Below are positions 42,001 through 54,000 of a stretch of 64,000 bases of DNA, one piece after another. The position numbers were made by a program, and so were the translations under genes. This DNA comes from an uncultured Planctomycetia bacterium (GTDB lineage Bacteria; Omnitrophota; Gorgyraeia; 2-01-FULL-45-10; JAHFGN01). Each line of letters begins with the position of its first letter. Position 1 is the first letter of the stretch. The stretch covers positions 25,019 to 89,018 of the forward strand of contig CAYHAE010000003.1 of NCBI GenBank assembly GCA_964354545.1, in the 5' to 3' direction. The notes beneath the pieces were generated by a model. That model was given only the letters and a program-made list of their open reading frames with translations, made no database searches and was not told where the DNA came from.

Positions 42001-45000
42001 TCGAAAAACTCACCTATGGAAACCTGACCCGTATCTCGATCCTCGATGTGGATGGCGACGGCATAGACGATACCCTCGAGACAAGACTATGGGGCTCCAC
42101 GGCCGTGACGAACGACCTCTCGTATGACTCTGACCACGACGGCGTCGCCGATGTCGTCGAAATGCTCCTCTACACCAGCCTCTTGACCCCGGGTCTCGGC
42201 GTGGGCGACAGGCCGGATGGAAAGACAGACGCACGTGATTACGCATGGCTCAATGTGATATTGAGCGAGATAAGGAACGGGAGGGCCCTGCAGCCGTACA
42301 TCCTCGAACGGGCAGATGTGAACAAGGACGGCAGGGTAGACGAGACAGACAGGGGCCTCCTCTTCGACGTCCTCACGAAAGAGCTGAACTTCGACAAGAA
42401 AGACCGCGCGCTTAACGCCGCAGACCTTAGGCGGCTCCACGATATCATCCACGCACTGAGCCTCGGCGTCACCGATCTGGAGATCAAGCTGGCTGACGTG
42501 ACGAAGGACGGCACAGTGGACGCTAAGGACGCGGAGGCTATCAGGTATGCGATCGAGAAGTATCCTCTCCTGAGGGTGAGGGCGGACACCAACGGCGACG
42601 GCGTGCTGAATATGCAGGACGTGATAGGGATGCAGGAGATCGCCAACAGGATACAGGAGAGGGAACAGCTTGACGTCCGGGAGCTCATGAGGGCCGATAT
42701 CAACAAGGACGGCCTCGTCAATCAACAGGATATCACCGTCCTCCAGAACGCGATCAGGGGCCACGTTGACCTCACAGGAGACGGCTACGCGACCGCGACC
42801 GATGTCGTACGCCTGATCGATGTCCTGGAGTTCCTCGCCATAGGCATGGAACAGTCGAAGGACCTCCTTCTCAGGCTCGCGGGCGCGGTCACGAGCGAGC
42901 ACGTCGCGGACCAGATGGTGAGGTTGGATGACATGCTCTACAGCGTGACGAAGGACTCGCACAACAGGTACGTCTTCTACGACGGCACAAAGAGCTACAC
43001 CGCCTACCTCGGGCTGAACTTCGTCGAGATAGAGAACGTCATCTACGACGTCTTCGAGCTCGAATACGGGAGGGTGAAGCTCATCGAGCAGCACGTGAAG
43101 AGCTCAATGATCGACGCGGCACACCTGAAGCTCGGCACGAAGACGTATTCTGTGACACCCATCGGCGAGGCGTTCATATTCCAGGAAGAGGGGACGTCCA
43201 ATACATGGGAGGCTATGCCGGATGAGACCGTGCGGATCGACGACGTCGACTATGTGGTGGTCAAGGACGAGGCGCACCTGACGGCGATGCTTGTCGGTGT
43301 CCACCTCGAGAGCACCCATGTCACGGACGGGAGGATAAAGCTTGAAGGCGTGGAATACGACATCATACGCGACAGGATCCACGATACATATGAGATACGC
43401 GCGTTAGATTCCGGCCTCATCGATACGGTGAAACAAGAGGGCCAGATCATCACCATAAACGGAGAAGCGTTCACCGCGCATATCAATCCTGCGCTCGGAA
43501 GGATCACTCTCGTGAAGACGACCGAAGAGTCCGCGATGATCGCCGACCAGGTCATCATGCTCGAAGGGTCGATCTGCAAGGTGAACGACCTTCGGAACGG
43601 GAGTTATCTATTCACCGACATGAAGGACGGGACGACCTTCGTGAGCGACGCGGCGACGCGCAAGGTCGCCATAAAAGGGACCTCATACGACGTCACAAAA
43701 GACCTCTTCACCGGAGGCGTGACCCTGATCCAGACCCACCGGGAGAGCTCGCGGCTCTCCAATCAGACGATAAGGGTCAACCACGCCACCTACGAGGTGG
43801 ACTACAACCTCGACGGGACCTATACCTTCACCCGCGATTACGACGGAGCGACCGCGTCGAGCAAGCTCTCCAAGCCGGTCGAGGTGAAGCTGCCGGACGA
43901 CCTCTTATACGATATCAAGATGGACTACGATACGGGCAGGATAAAGCTCGTCCAGAGATACAGGGTCTTGGAATCCGGCTCCAATTCGCAGACAGGAAAA
44001 GAGGAGCTCAGGACCGATGAGGAAACCGAAGGAGGCGTTGCCCTCACGCTCAACGACAACGGCACCTTCTCCGTCGGAGGAGAGACGAGCGAATACTATC
44101 CGTCGCTGCCCGAGGGGATGGATGCAGGGCCCGGCTACGGCGGCTGGCAGGCCCCGAGGAGCACCCTCGAGAACCCGAACCTGATATGGATGGGAGGCAG
44201 CCTCTTCAACATCTATTATAACCCCGATACGGGCCACTTCAGGCTGGAGGAGGTTCACCACGTATCGGAGACCCTATTCGGCGAGCTCATAGAGTTCAAC
44301 GGCGAGCCATATGAGGTGGTGAGGAACGATGACGGCACCTTCACGTTCATAGGGCTCTACAAGAGCTATACCTCAAACGCCGATCTCAACAAAGTAAATA
44401 TCGACGGCGTCGTGGCCGATGTCATCGTCGATGTCTATTCCGGAGAGATAAGGTTAGAGGAAGAGCATTCGAAGTTCTCGAAGGGCCTCTACGACGGGAT
44501 CGCGAAAGTGGGCGCCAAAGAATACTACATAGTCCTGGACAGGAAGGAAGGCGCCGTCACCCTCATAGACTATTCGACCTCGCGCGACCCGCTCCTCACG
44601 AGCTCTAAGCCGCATGCGACAACGGACGATGCTGACGGAGACGGCATCTCGGACAAGGACGAGGCCATCCTGGGCACACGCGCGACGATAGCCGATAGCG
44701 ACGGTGACGGGTTCAGCGATGGGTATGAGGCGCGCATGAAGACGGACCCGCTCGACAAGGATTCACATCCAAAGGTCACGATACTGGACACCGATAAGGA
44801 TGGCGTGAGCGATTATGATGAGCTCACGTTCGGCACCGACCGCTATTCGCCCGACTCCGATAAAGACGGGTTCTCAGACGGAGAGGAGGGGAGGCTGGGC
44901 ACGGATCCTCTCAACAAGAGCTCCGTACCTGAGCCGACGACCGTTGACAGCGACGGCGACGGGCTCAGCGACGCCACGGAGCAGCGCCTGAAGACCGATC

Positions 45001-48000
45001 CGAGGAAACCCGATACTGACGGAGACGGGTTCTCGGACGGCGAAGAGGTCCTCGACAGGAAGTCCAGCCCTCTCCGCGCGGAGCTCGTGGGAAGCGGCGC
45101 GGGGGCCTCGCGCCAGATCTATGTCGGCACCAACGCGAACAGGATCATAAAATTCGACGAGCACGGGAACAGGATAGCGGAGGTCGTTACGGGCGCTAAC
45201 GGCATACCGATCGCCGCATGGGATTCCCAGCAAGGCAGCGTCACCGTATATGAAAATCCAGGCGCCGGGATGATCCAAGGGACGACCTATGATAGATACG
45301 GCGCGGCGGTGAACAACTTCAGCGGTTACCTTGGCGAGGACGGTTCCCTCTACATGAGCGCTCCGCAGGAAGGAGAGGGGGCCTACTACCAGTATCAGCC
45401 CGGAAATTATGCCTCCCTGAGCGAACCCGATGCGATGGTGCGGGGAAGCTACAGCACGTCCACAGGGAGTTTCAACCCATCAAGGACGGTTGAGTCGTAT
45501 CGGACCGTAGAAGGCCAGAGGCAGATCGGCCCACAGACATTTGACTTCAGCCAGATGGGAGGCGCGCAGGAGATCGCGCAGTATGACGAGCGTGGGCGCA
45601 TGGCGGGAACACTCTACGCCAATGGAGCGGGCGATCCGATCGCCATGTGGAATGTCGAGGAAGAGATGCTCACCGTCTACAGCGGCTCTTCTTCCGTAGG
45701 CAGCGCAGGGGCCAGGGAGTTCATCGCCACCACTTATGACGAGGCCGGAGAGGAGCTCGGCACCTCTACGGTGTACGGTGTCGACGGCAAGTACTACACG
45801 CCCGTCCAAGGCAGAGAGGGCGAGTACCTTGTGTACGATTCCGCGAAGATGTACGCGCCCGAGGCGAAGATCTACGGCGCCTTCAATCAAAATTCAGGCC
45901 TATTCAACGGGGAAGATGTCGAGAAGTACCGAGAGGTCGTGGGGTCGCAGACGGTAGGCGGGAGGGCGCTCTCGATCGATGAGGGCACGGAGGTCGCGAG
46001 GTTCGATCCCGCAACCGGCGCCGAGATGGCCAGGATGTACATGGACAAGGAAGGGAGGCCCCTCGCCCAACTGGATACCGACACCCGCGACGTGACCTTC
46101 TACACAGGACACGCGACCGACTCCGCCACAGGTACCACCGAAGTAATAGGTACCACTTACGATGAGGCGGGCAATGTGGTGAGGCGCACCGAAGGCTCCT
46201 ACAGCACGGACGGGACCGTTGTCCAGGAACGGACGGTAGCGGAATACGCGTATGGCATCACCGGCATCTACACGGCCGGCTCGCAGCCGGTGTCGGTTGA
46301 GAATGCCATCAGGATAGTTGAGTACGATGAGTACCAGAATAGGATACGAGAGGTCTACGCCCGCCAGGATGGCAAGCCTCTCACCATGGTCGATTACAGA
46401 GACAACCTCACTATGACGTGCGGCGCCTACACGACGACAGGCTCTGCGGGAACAGAGACGTTCACGGTCACTGCCTATGACGCGGCAGGGGCATTGGTCC
46501 GTGCCGCCGCCGGATTCACCGGCGCGAACAATTCCATCTTCGTGCCCACGGAAGCGCCTAATACCTACTACAGGTACCGGTACCAGTCCGGCAGCATAGA
46601 GTCCCTGGAAGAGCCCGATGCAGTGTTACAGGGAAGTTATAACAGGGTCCTTGGGAGGTTCAGCGTCTCGAAGATGGTTGAAGAGTATCAGGATATCGAG
46701 GGCCAGAAAGAGATCGGTCCGATGACCTTCGAGTTCAGCCAGGCAGAAGGCGCGAAGGAGATCACGCAGTATGACGAGCTTGGCCGCAGGGCAGGAATGT
46801 TCTATGCGGATAAAGAAGGCGACCCGCTCGTCACGTGGGACGTCGAGAAGAAAGCGCTCACCGTCTACAGCGATCCTACTCCTGTGGGCAGCGCAGGGGC
46901 CAAAGAGTTCACCGCCACCACCTATAGCGAGGCCGGAGAGGAACTCGGGACCTCTACCGTGTACGGCGACGACGGCACGTACTACGCACCCACCCCAGGC
47001 AGAGAGGGAGAGTATCTCGTATACGATCCTGACAAGATGTACAGGCCCGATGGGAAATTCAACGGCGCCTTCAACGAGGACGCGGGCAAGTTCTACGGGA
47101 CGGAGGTCGAGAAGTATAGATACGGCGTGATAGGGCCGCAGTCGGAAGGCACGAGGACGATACCGATGGACGAAGAGGGCATGATGGTCACGCGGTTCGA
47201 TCCTCTCTCCGGCGCCGAGACGAGCAGGGTCTACACGGATATGACAGGGCGGATGGTCGCCGCGGTCGACGTCCCGTCCGACGAGGTGACCCTCTACAGC
47301 AACTATGCCTTCGATGAGGCCACAGGCACCACCACGATGAGAGGCGCCACGTATGATGAGACAGGCAACGTGATGAGGCTCAGCCGGGGCTCCTACACCA
47401 CCACCGCGAGCATCATCGAAACGACCGTCGTGGAATCTCAGTACGGCATTACAGGCATATACACGGTCGGCGCCCAGCTCGTGACGCTCGAGGATGCCGT
47501 CAGGATGGTCCAGTATGATGAGTACTCCAGGAAGACGAAGGAGATCTACACCCGCCAGGATGGCAAGCCGCTCGCCGTGGTCGATTACAAGAATAATCTT
47601 ACCACTATATATGGCTCCTATACGACGACAGGCACTACGGGAACAGAGACGTTCATCGTGAACACATATGACGGCGTCGTATACAGGCCCGATTATCAAC
47701 CGATAACGTCTACGACGTATACCGGGGCGAAGGTGGTGAGGGTGGAAGACACGATATACGATGTGACGACCGTCAACGGAAAGTATGTATTCTCCAACGG
47801 CGTGGACACGCCCGTGACCTCGCCCGATAACCTGACGGTGAACCTCAACGGGCACGACTATAATATAGAGCTCGTGGCTGACCAGCTTGTGCTCTCAGAA
47901 CGCGGCGATGCGGCGCATACCACTGTCGCGAACTGGGTAAGGGTAAATAACACGGACGTTCTCGCCATGGCAGGTGCTCAGCAGGGGCAGTACGTGTTCG

Positions 48001-51000
48001 ACGACGGGACGACCACGCAGACCGCCGTCAACGGAGACGTCATCGCCATCGGCGGCAGCAACTATAAGGTCGCCGTGGGCAATACGCTGGACTTCGAAAT
48101 GAAGAGCCAGAGGGAAACGGTAGGGGAGACCGACGAGGGCACGTTCATAAGAGTGCACGACGCCACTACTGCTGGAGGGACCGCTCCCAGGTACGACATC
48201 ATGAAGGTCACGGAAGATAACGGCGTCTATACGTTCGCTGTCGGAGAAGGGCCCGGAGTGACCGGCGTAATACTGCAGGGACGGATCGGAGATTCATTTG
48301 ATACGGGCGGATACCTTACGTACTGGATAAAGCACCCCTACACGACCATCACTATCACCGGGACAGGGCTCTCCGATATCGGGCTTAGTTCAGACTCAGG
48401 GACCGGCAACTGGATCTGGACCGACCACATCAGCGGGGAGGTCGTACATGTGCCCGGAGTTCTCGTTACGGACGATCCTGACTCCACCGGGGGAGGTTCG
48501 AGCACAAATGACTACTATGAATTAAAGAAGTACCCGTTCCACCGCTATGCAATGAACGGTGGCGGATATCTTGTCAGCTACTATCTGGAAAACTCGATCG
48601 GTATCTTGGAGTTCGATGAATGGGATAATATGAGCTTCGATCTCGAAGGGCCCATCTTCCTCACGGGTCTCAGCACGCCTCAAAGAGACTCGACGCTGAT
48701 AAGGCCCATCTCGGATTCCGTGCATCTATCAGGCACCTCAGTGACGGTCGACATTCTCGGAAGCCTGGAGACCTATGCCCTTTCATACACTCCCGCCACT
48801 AAGACCTATACGCTCGATGACGGCGCAGGCCACGTCTACAGTGCCCGGGCCGGCACCCCGCTCACGATAAACCATTGGCGGTGGCCTTTTGGAGGATATT
48901 CCATCACGTATGATATCTCCGGTTCAGGGTTCACCAAGGTGGGACTCGAGACAACAAGCGGACCCTACGCGCTCTCCGCTGGGTCAGACGCCACTTTTGT
49001 CGATGTCGCAGGCCAGAGGTATTCTATGACATATGACGGCTCGTTGAATCAATTCACATTTGAAAATGCGAGCGGCATCTATACGACACATGTTGTTCAG
49101 CTTGCGCAGGCTGAGCACGTAGTGGATTTCGGAGAAGGAAAGGTCTACATAGTCACCCAAGAGCCGCCCTGGCCCAGGGGCGCCGCGCTCCATAAAATAC
49201 TTAACACAGATCTGAATGGGGACCATGCGGTCACGCAGGCGGACGAGGATATCGTCATGGCCGCGCTCACCGGCGCCTACACGACCGCGGCAGATCTTGA
49301 TCATGATGACAACATAGACTGGGACGATGTCGACATATTCAGGAGCAGGAGGGATTCGACGGCGAACTGGACGAAGCTGAACGTCAACGACGTAGACTAC
49401 TATGCGATGCAGCGCAACAACATCTACCGGTTCTTCGACAGGGTACGTGCTCCCGTCGATGCGAACGCTGCCAACACGCGCGTGGTCCTCGATGACGTCA
49501 AATATGACATGGCAGGGCTCGATCTGACCGAGGTGACAGTAGTAAGCGCTGCCGACGGCTACACCGGCGACGGCACTACCCTCTATATTTCCACAGGCAC
49601 ACCCGGCGAGTATAACAAATATGAGTACATGCGCGGAATAATAAGGTCAACGACGGACACCGCCGCCATAACAGCGAGGCTGTGGAACTCGATATACGAT
49701 GTGGCGATCGTCGGCGGAAAGTATGTCTTCTCCAACGGCGTAGACGCGTCCGTGACCTCGCCCGATAACCTGATCGTGACACTCAAGGGACACGATTACA
49801 GGATAGAGCAGGCGGGGAGCGAGCTCGTGCTCTCAGAGCTCACCCAGACGGTGAATTCTGTTGCCGCGAACCTTATAGAGGTGGCGTACGGCTACTACGG
49901 CTCAAACCATGCCAATATCCTCGTCACGCAGAGCGCGCAGCCGGGAAAGTACGACCTCGACGACGGGACGGCCACACATACCGTAGCCAGCGGCGACCTT
50001 GTCTACCTTGGGGGTGCCGGAAATTATTGGTTCTACGCAGGTAACGCGCTGGACTTCGCATTGAAGAGCCAGAGGCAGGCGTTGGGGACGAAACTCAGCG
50101 GGACGGTCCTGAAATTATACGAGCAGACCAGTCCTCAATACGTAGACATCCTTAACGTCACGGAAGAAAGCGGGATTTACACATTCTATAAAGGGGCTCA
50201 GGTTGTGGGAAGCGGGAGGATCGGAGATACATTCTCAATTCGCCTTCCTGCTACTGGCGGAACCACGGGTGCCAAGATCGTCGGGACGGGCCTTTTCAAT
50301 ATCGGGCTCGTGAACGCATTCACGGGAGAACCTTTCACCTCGCGCGCATTCGGCACGTACATATACGTGCCCGGATCCCTCGTCCTGCGCTCTAAGGACT
50401 GGCCCTACACCGAAGTGACGGCTACAGGCGGCGTCCTGGAAGTGGCACAATCCGGTTTCGGCGGCGGCAACTATTGCCTAAAGACCCCCGACGGAAACTA
50501 TGTCCTGGAGTTCGATGCGAACAATAGGGCCATGGACAGAATCTCGGGTATCATAGAGCTCACAGGCGTCGGTACCTGGCCGCCTGACCCGCAGCTGGTA
50601 AAAGGCATCTCTGATTTCTCCTTTGAGAACGGCTGGGCAAACCACGAGGGGAATCTAAGCGCCTCATACAATCCCGCAACCTCGAGCTATTCGTTCACGA
50701 TCGGAGGCCAGGCATACACTGCCAAGGCCGGCACCCCGCTCACGATCACATACGGGACTTACAGCATCACATATGATGTATTCGGTTCGGGGCTCAACAA
50801 GGTGGGGTTGCAGGGCATGGTAGGACAGGCGTTCCTCCAGTCTGACAGCGCCCAATCCTTAGTTACTGTCGCGGGGACCAAGTGGGCAGCCGGATATGAC
50901 AGCTCCTCCGATCGATATACATTCATGCGCGTGAACGCCTCCTACACTACCGACGCATCGTACAAGGTGAGGTTCGGGAGCGATGAGAGCGTCTATACTG

Positions 51001-54000
51001 TCTCCGGAGGGGCGAACCCCGTGCTCACCCGGTTCCTCATCTCAGACCTGGATAATAGCGGCTCTATCACGGGCGCGGATGAGGGCATCATCACCGCCGC
51101 GCTTACCGGCCTCTACACGACCGCGGCAGACCTCGACCAGGACGGCAGCGTTGAGTGGGACGATGTCGACATATTCAGGCGGGAGAGGGATCGGACAGAG
51201 TACTGGACGAAGATAAACCTCAACGCCAAGGACTACTATGTGATGCAGCGCAACGGTATCTATCGGTTCTTCGACAGGGTACGTGCGCCGGTCGATGCGA
51301 ACGCGGACAATACGCTCGTGACCCTCAATAATGTCCCGTATGGCATGGCGGGGCTCGATCTGACCGAGATACGAATGCTCCAGCCGGAAGACCTGAACAT
51401 GGATCCCGCCTTTGCGCTCGCACTGGTGCAGGGAGGGTACAACGGGTTCACAGGGACATTCGGTGTCTCGAGGACGGTCGAGAAGTATTATAAGCTCGAC
51501 GGGACGCAGTCAATAGGCCAGGAAGATCTCGACTCATATGTGGAGAGCGGCACAAAGACCGAACGGTACGATAACTTCGGCAGGCTCACGGAGACCCTCT
51601 ACACCGATGCCAGAGGCGTACTGCGCGGCGTGCAGGATGCGCAGGGGAACGCCACCGTCTATGATAGGTATGCGTCGGCCGGTGCCGCAGGCGGTGCGCG
51701 CGTGATCGGCACCACCTACGATTCCGCAGGGAACGAGGCGCAGAAGGTCGACGGCTACTACGACGGGGCCGGCACCTTCTACGCTTCGACAGATGAGGCG
51801 GGGAGATACCTCACATATCAGTACCAGCCGGATAGGGTCGTCACCATGACCAATCCTGGGTCGAAGGTGGCGGGCTCGTTCGATACGGAACAGGGTACGT
51901 TCGACACGGCGTGGGTCGCAGAGACCTATCAGCGCGGCCTGTGGGGCCAGACGAGGATAGGCTCGCAGGATGTTTCATTGCAGAATGCCATGCGGACCAG
52001 ATATCTTGACGAACACGGCGCTCTCGTTGAGGAAGTGTACGAGACGACCGACAAAAAGCCGGTCGCCGAGTATGACGCGCAGCAGGGCGAAGTCACCGTG
52101 TACAGGGACTATGCGCAAGTCACGGACTCTGACATCGTAAAGGTGAACAAAGAGACTTACGATGACCTTGGGGCTATCGTAAGGGGTTCCAAGGGCTATT
52201 ACGATGGCTCGACCGGAGAGGTCAGGGAATACGCCGTTGATATCTACGAGTACGGCGTCTCAGGCCAGGTCACCATAGGGACGAAGACACTCGAGGGAGT
52301 AGCGAACGCCACCAGGATCACCGAGTATGACGGAGAAGGACATAAGACAGGCGAAGAGGTCGTCGCCCAGGACAGAAGGCCGCTCGCCGTATGGGATGCT
52401 GAGCAGAACGTCACCGCGCTCTATGGACAATATGTTCAGGTAGGGACTTCTGCCACTCAGAGCGTAGAGGTGAAGACCTACGGGAGCACCGGGAACATGA
52501 TAGCGAGCACAACGGGTTACTACATCAATAACGCTGTCTATAAACCCGTTTCCGGGGACGCCTACCTCAAGTATCAGGTCGACAGGCCTGGCATGTTGAA
52601 GGAGGCAACCGCAAAGGTAAAGGCGACGGTAGATAACACCTCGGGGCTGTCTGAAGACCGGCTGTATGAGTCGTACGAACGCGACCTCACGGGGACCGGC
52701 ACGGTTACAATCGGCGCAGAAGAGCGCCCCATACAACTAGATGATGCGATGGCGATCACCTACTACGATACAAACGGCTTCGAAAGAGGGACCGTATACG
52801 TCGATGAGGCCGAAAGGCCGATCGTGGCGATAGACGCCCAGAAGAATGCCGTGACAATGTACGAATATAAACCAGGCGCGGTCGCAGATTCGATAGAAGT
52901 AAAAGCAGTAACCTATGGGGTCGGCGGGCAGCCCACCGATTATTCGAGCGGTTACTATGATTCCGCGAACGACACGCTCTATATGAAGGCAGAGATCGCA
53001 GATACGTACCTCACGTACGGGACAGACGACGTCACTTCTCTCGGCGAACCGGCCGCAAAGGTGCAGGCAACTGTGGATGGGACAACGGGGGCGGTGACCG
53101 AGACGCGTACAATGGAAATATATAGCAAAGTCGCAGGCATCTACACGATCGGCTCGCAGCAATTCACCTTCAGTACCGGGACCACCAAGGCTACCATAGT
53201 GGATGAAACCGGAAATCCGACAGGTGAATTCTATGTCGCTCAAAACGGCGCTCCGGTCGCCGCGCTTGACCGCGGGACGAATGCCGTGACCTCATTCAGC
53301 GCCTACACCCCGACTACCGGCCGCGTGAACGCCGCGACCTATGACACCAGCGGGAACGAGGTGCGGAATTCGATCGGTTACTATAGTGAAGTGAATAGAC
53401 AGCTTGAGGAGAGCAGAATTGCCACATACGTATATGACGTGACAGGCCCGCAGGTGTATGGCGCGAACGTCATTGTGGCGGACGAATCCGTCAGCATCGA
53501 CTTGCTGAATAAAGCAGGAGAGACGACAGGAGAATTATTCCTCACAGAGGACAAGAAGCCGATAGGCCTCGCGGACCTTCAGGATAATACCGTGACAAAG
53601 TACAGCGGTTATACTCCCACCGGAACAGGAAGCACGACAGAGCAGCTCACCATTACAAAATACGGAGGCAACGGAGACCCGCTCAAGACCTCTATCGGGT
53701 ATTATAAGGAAGGCTTTGTCTATGTGCCCGTCGCAGGCCCCGCAAGCCCCGGTCAACAGGCAGACTACACCCAGTATCGCGCGGACAATATGCAGGCCCC
53801 GCTCGCGACCGTCCGCGGCATGATCAATCCAACCTCGAACGAATTTCAGGTGACCGGGGAGACAAAGCAGACATTCGAGTACGGATTGGTGGGTGCACAG
53901 CAGATGGGTCCAGTCGCGGTCGAGGCGGACGATTTCGCGAGGGCCATAGACTATGATAATTTCGGGAATCCGATCGGCGAGACGTTCATGGGTCCGGACG

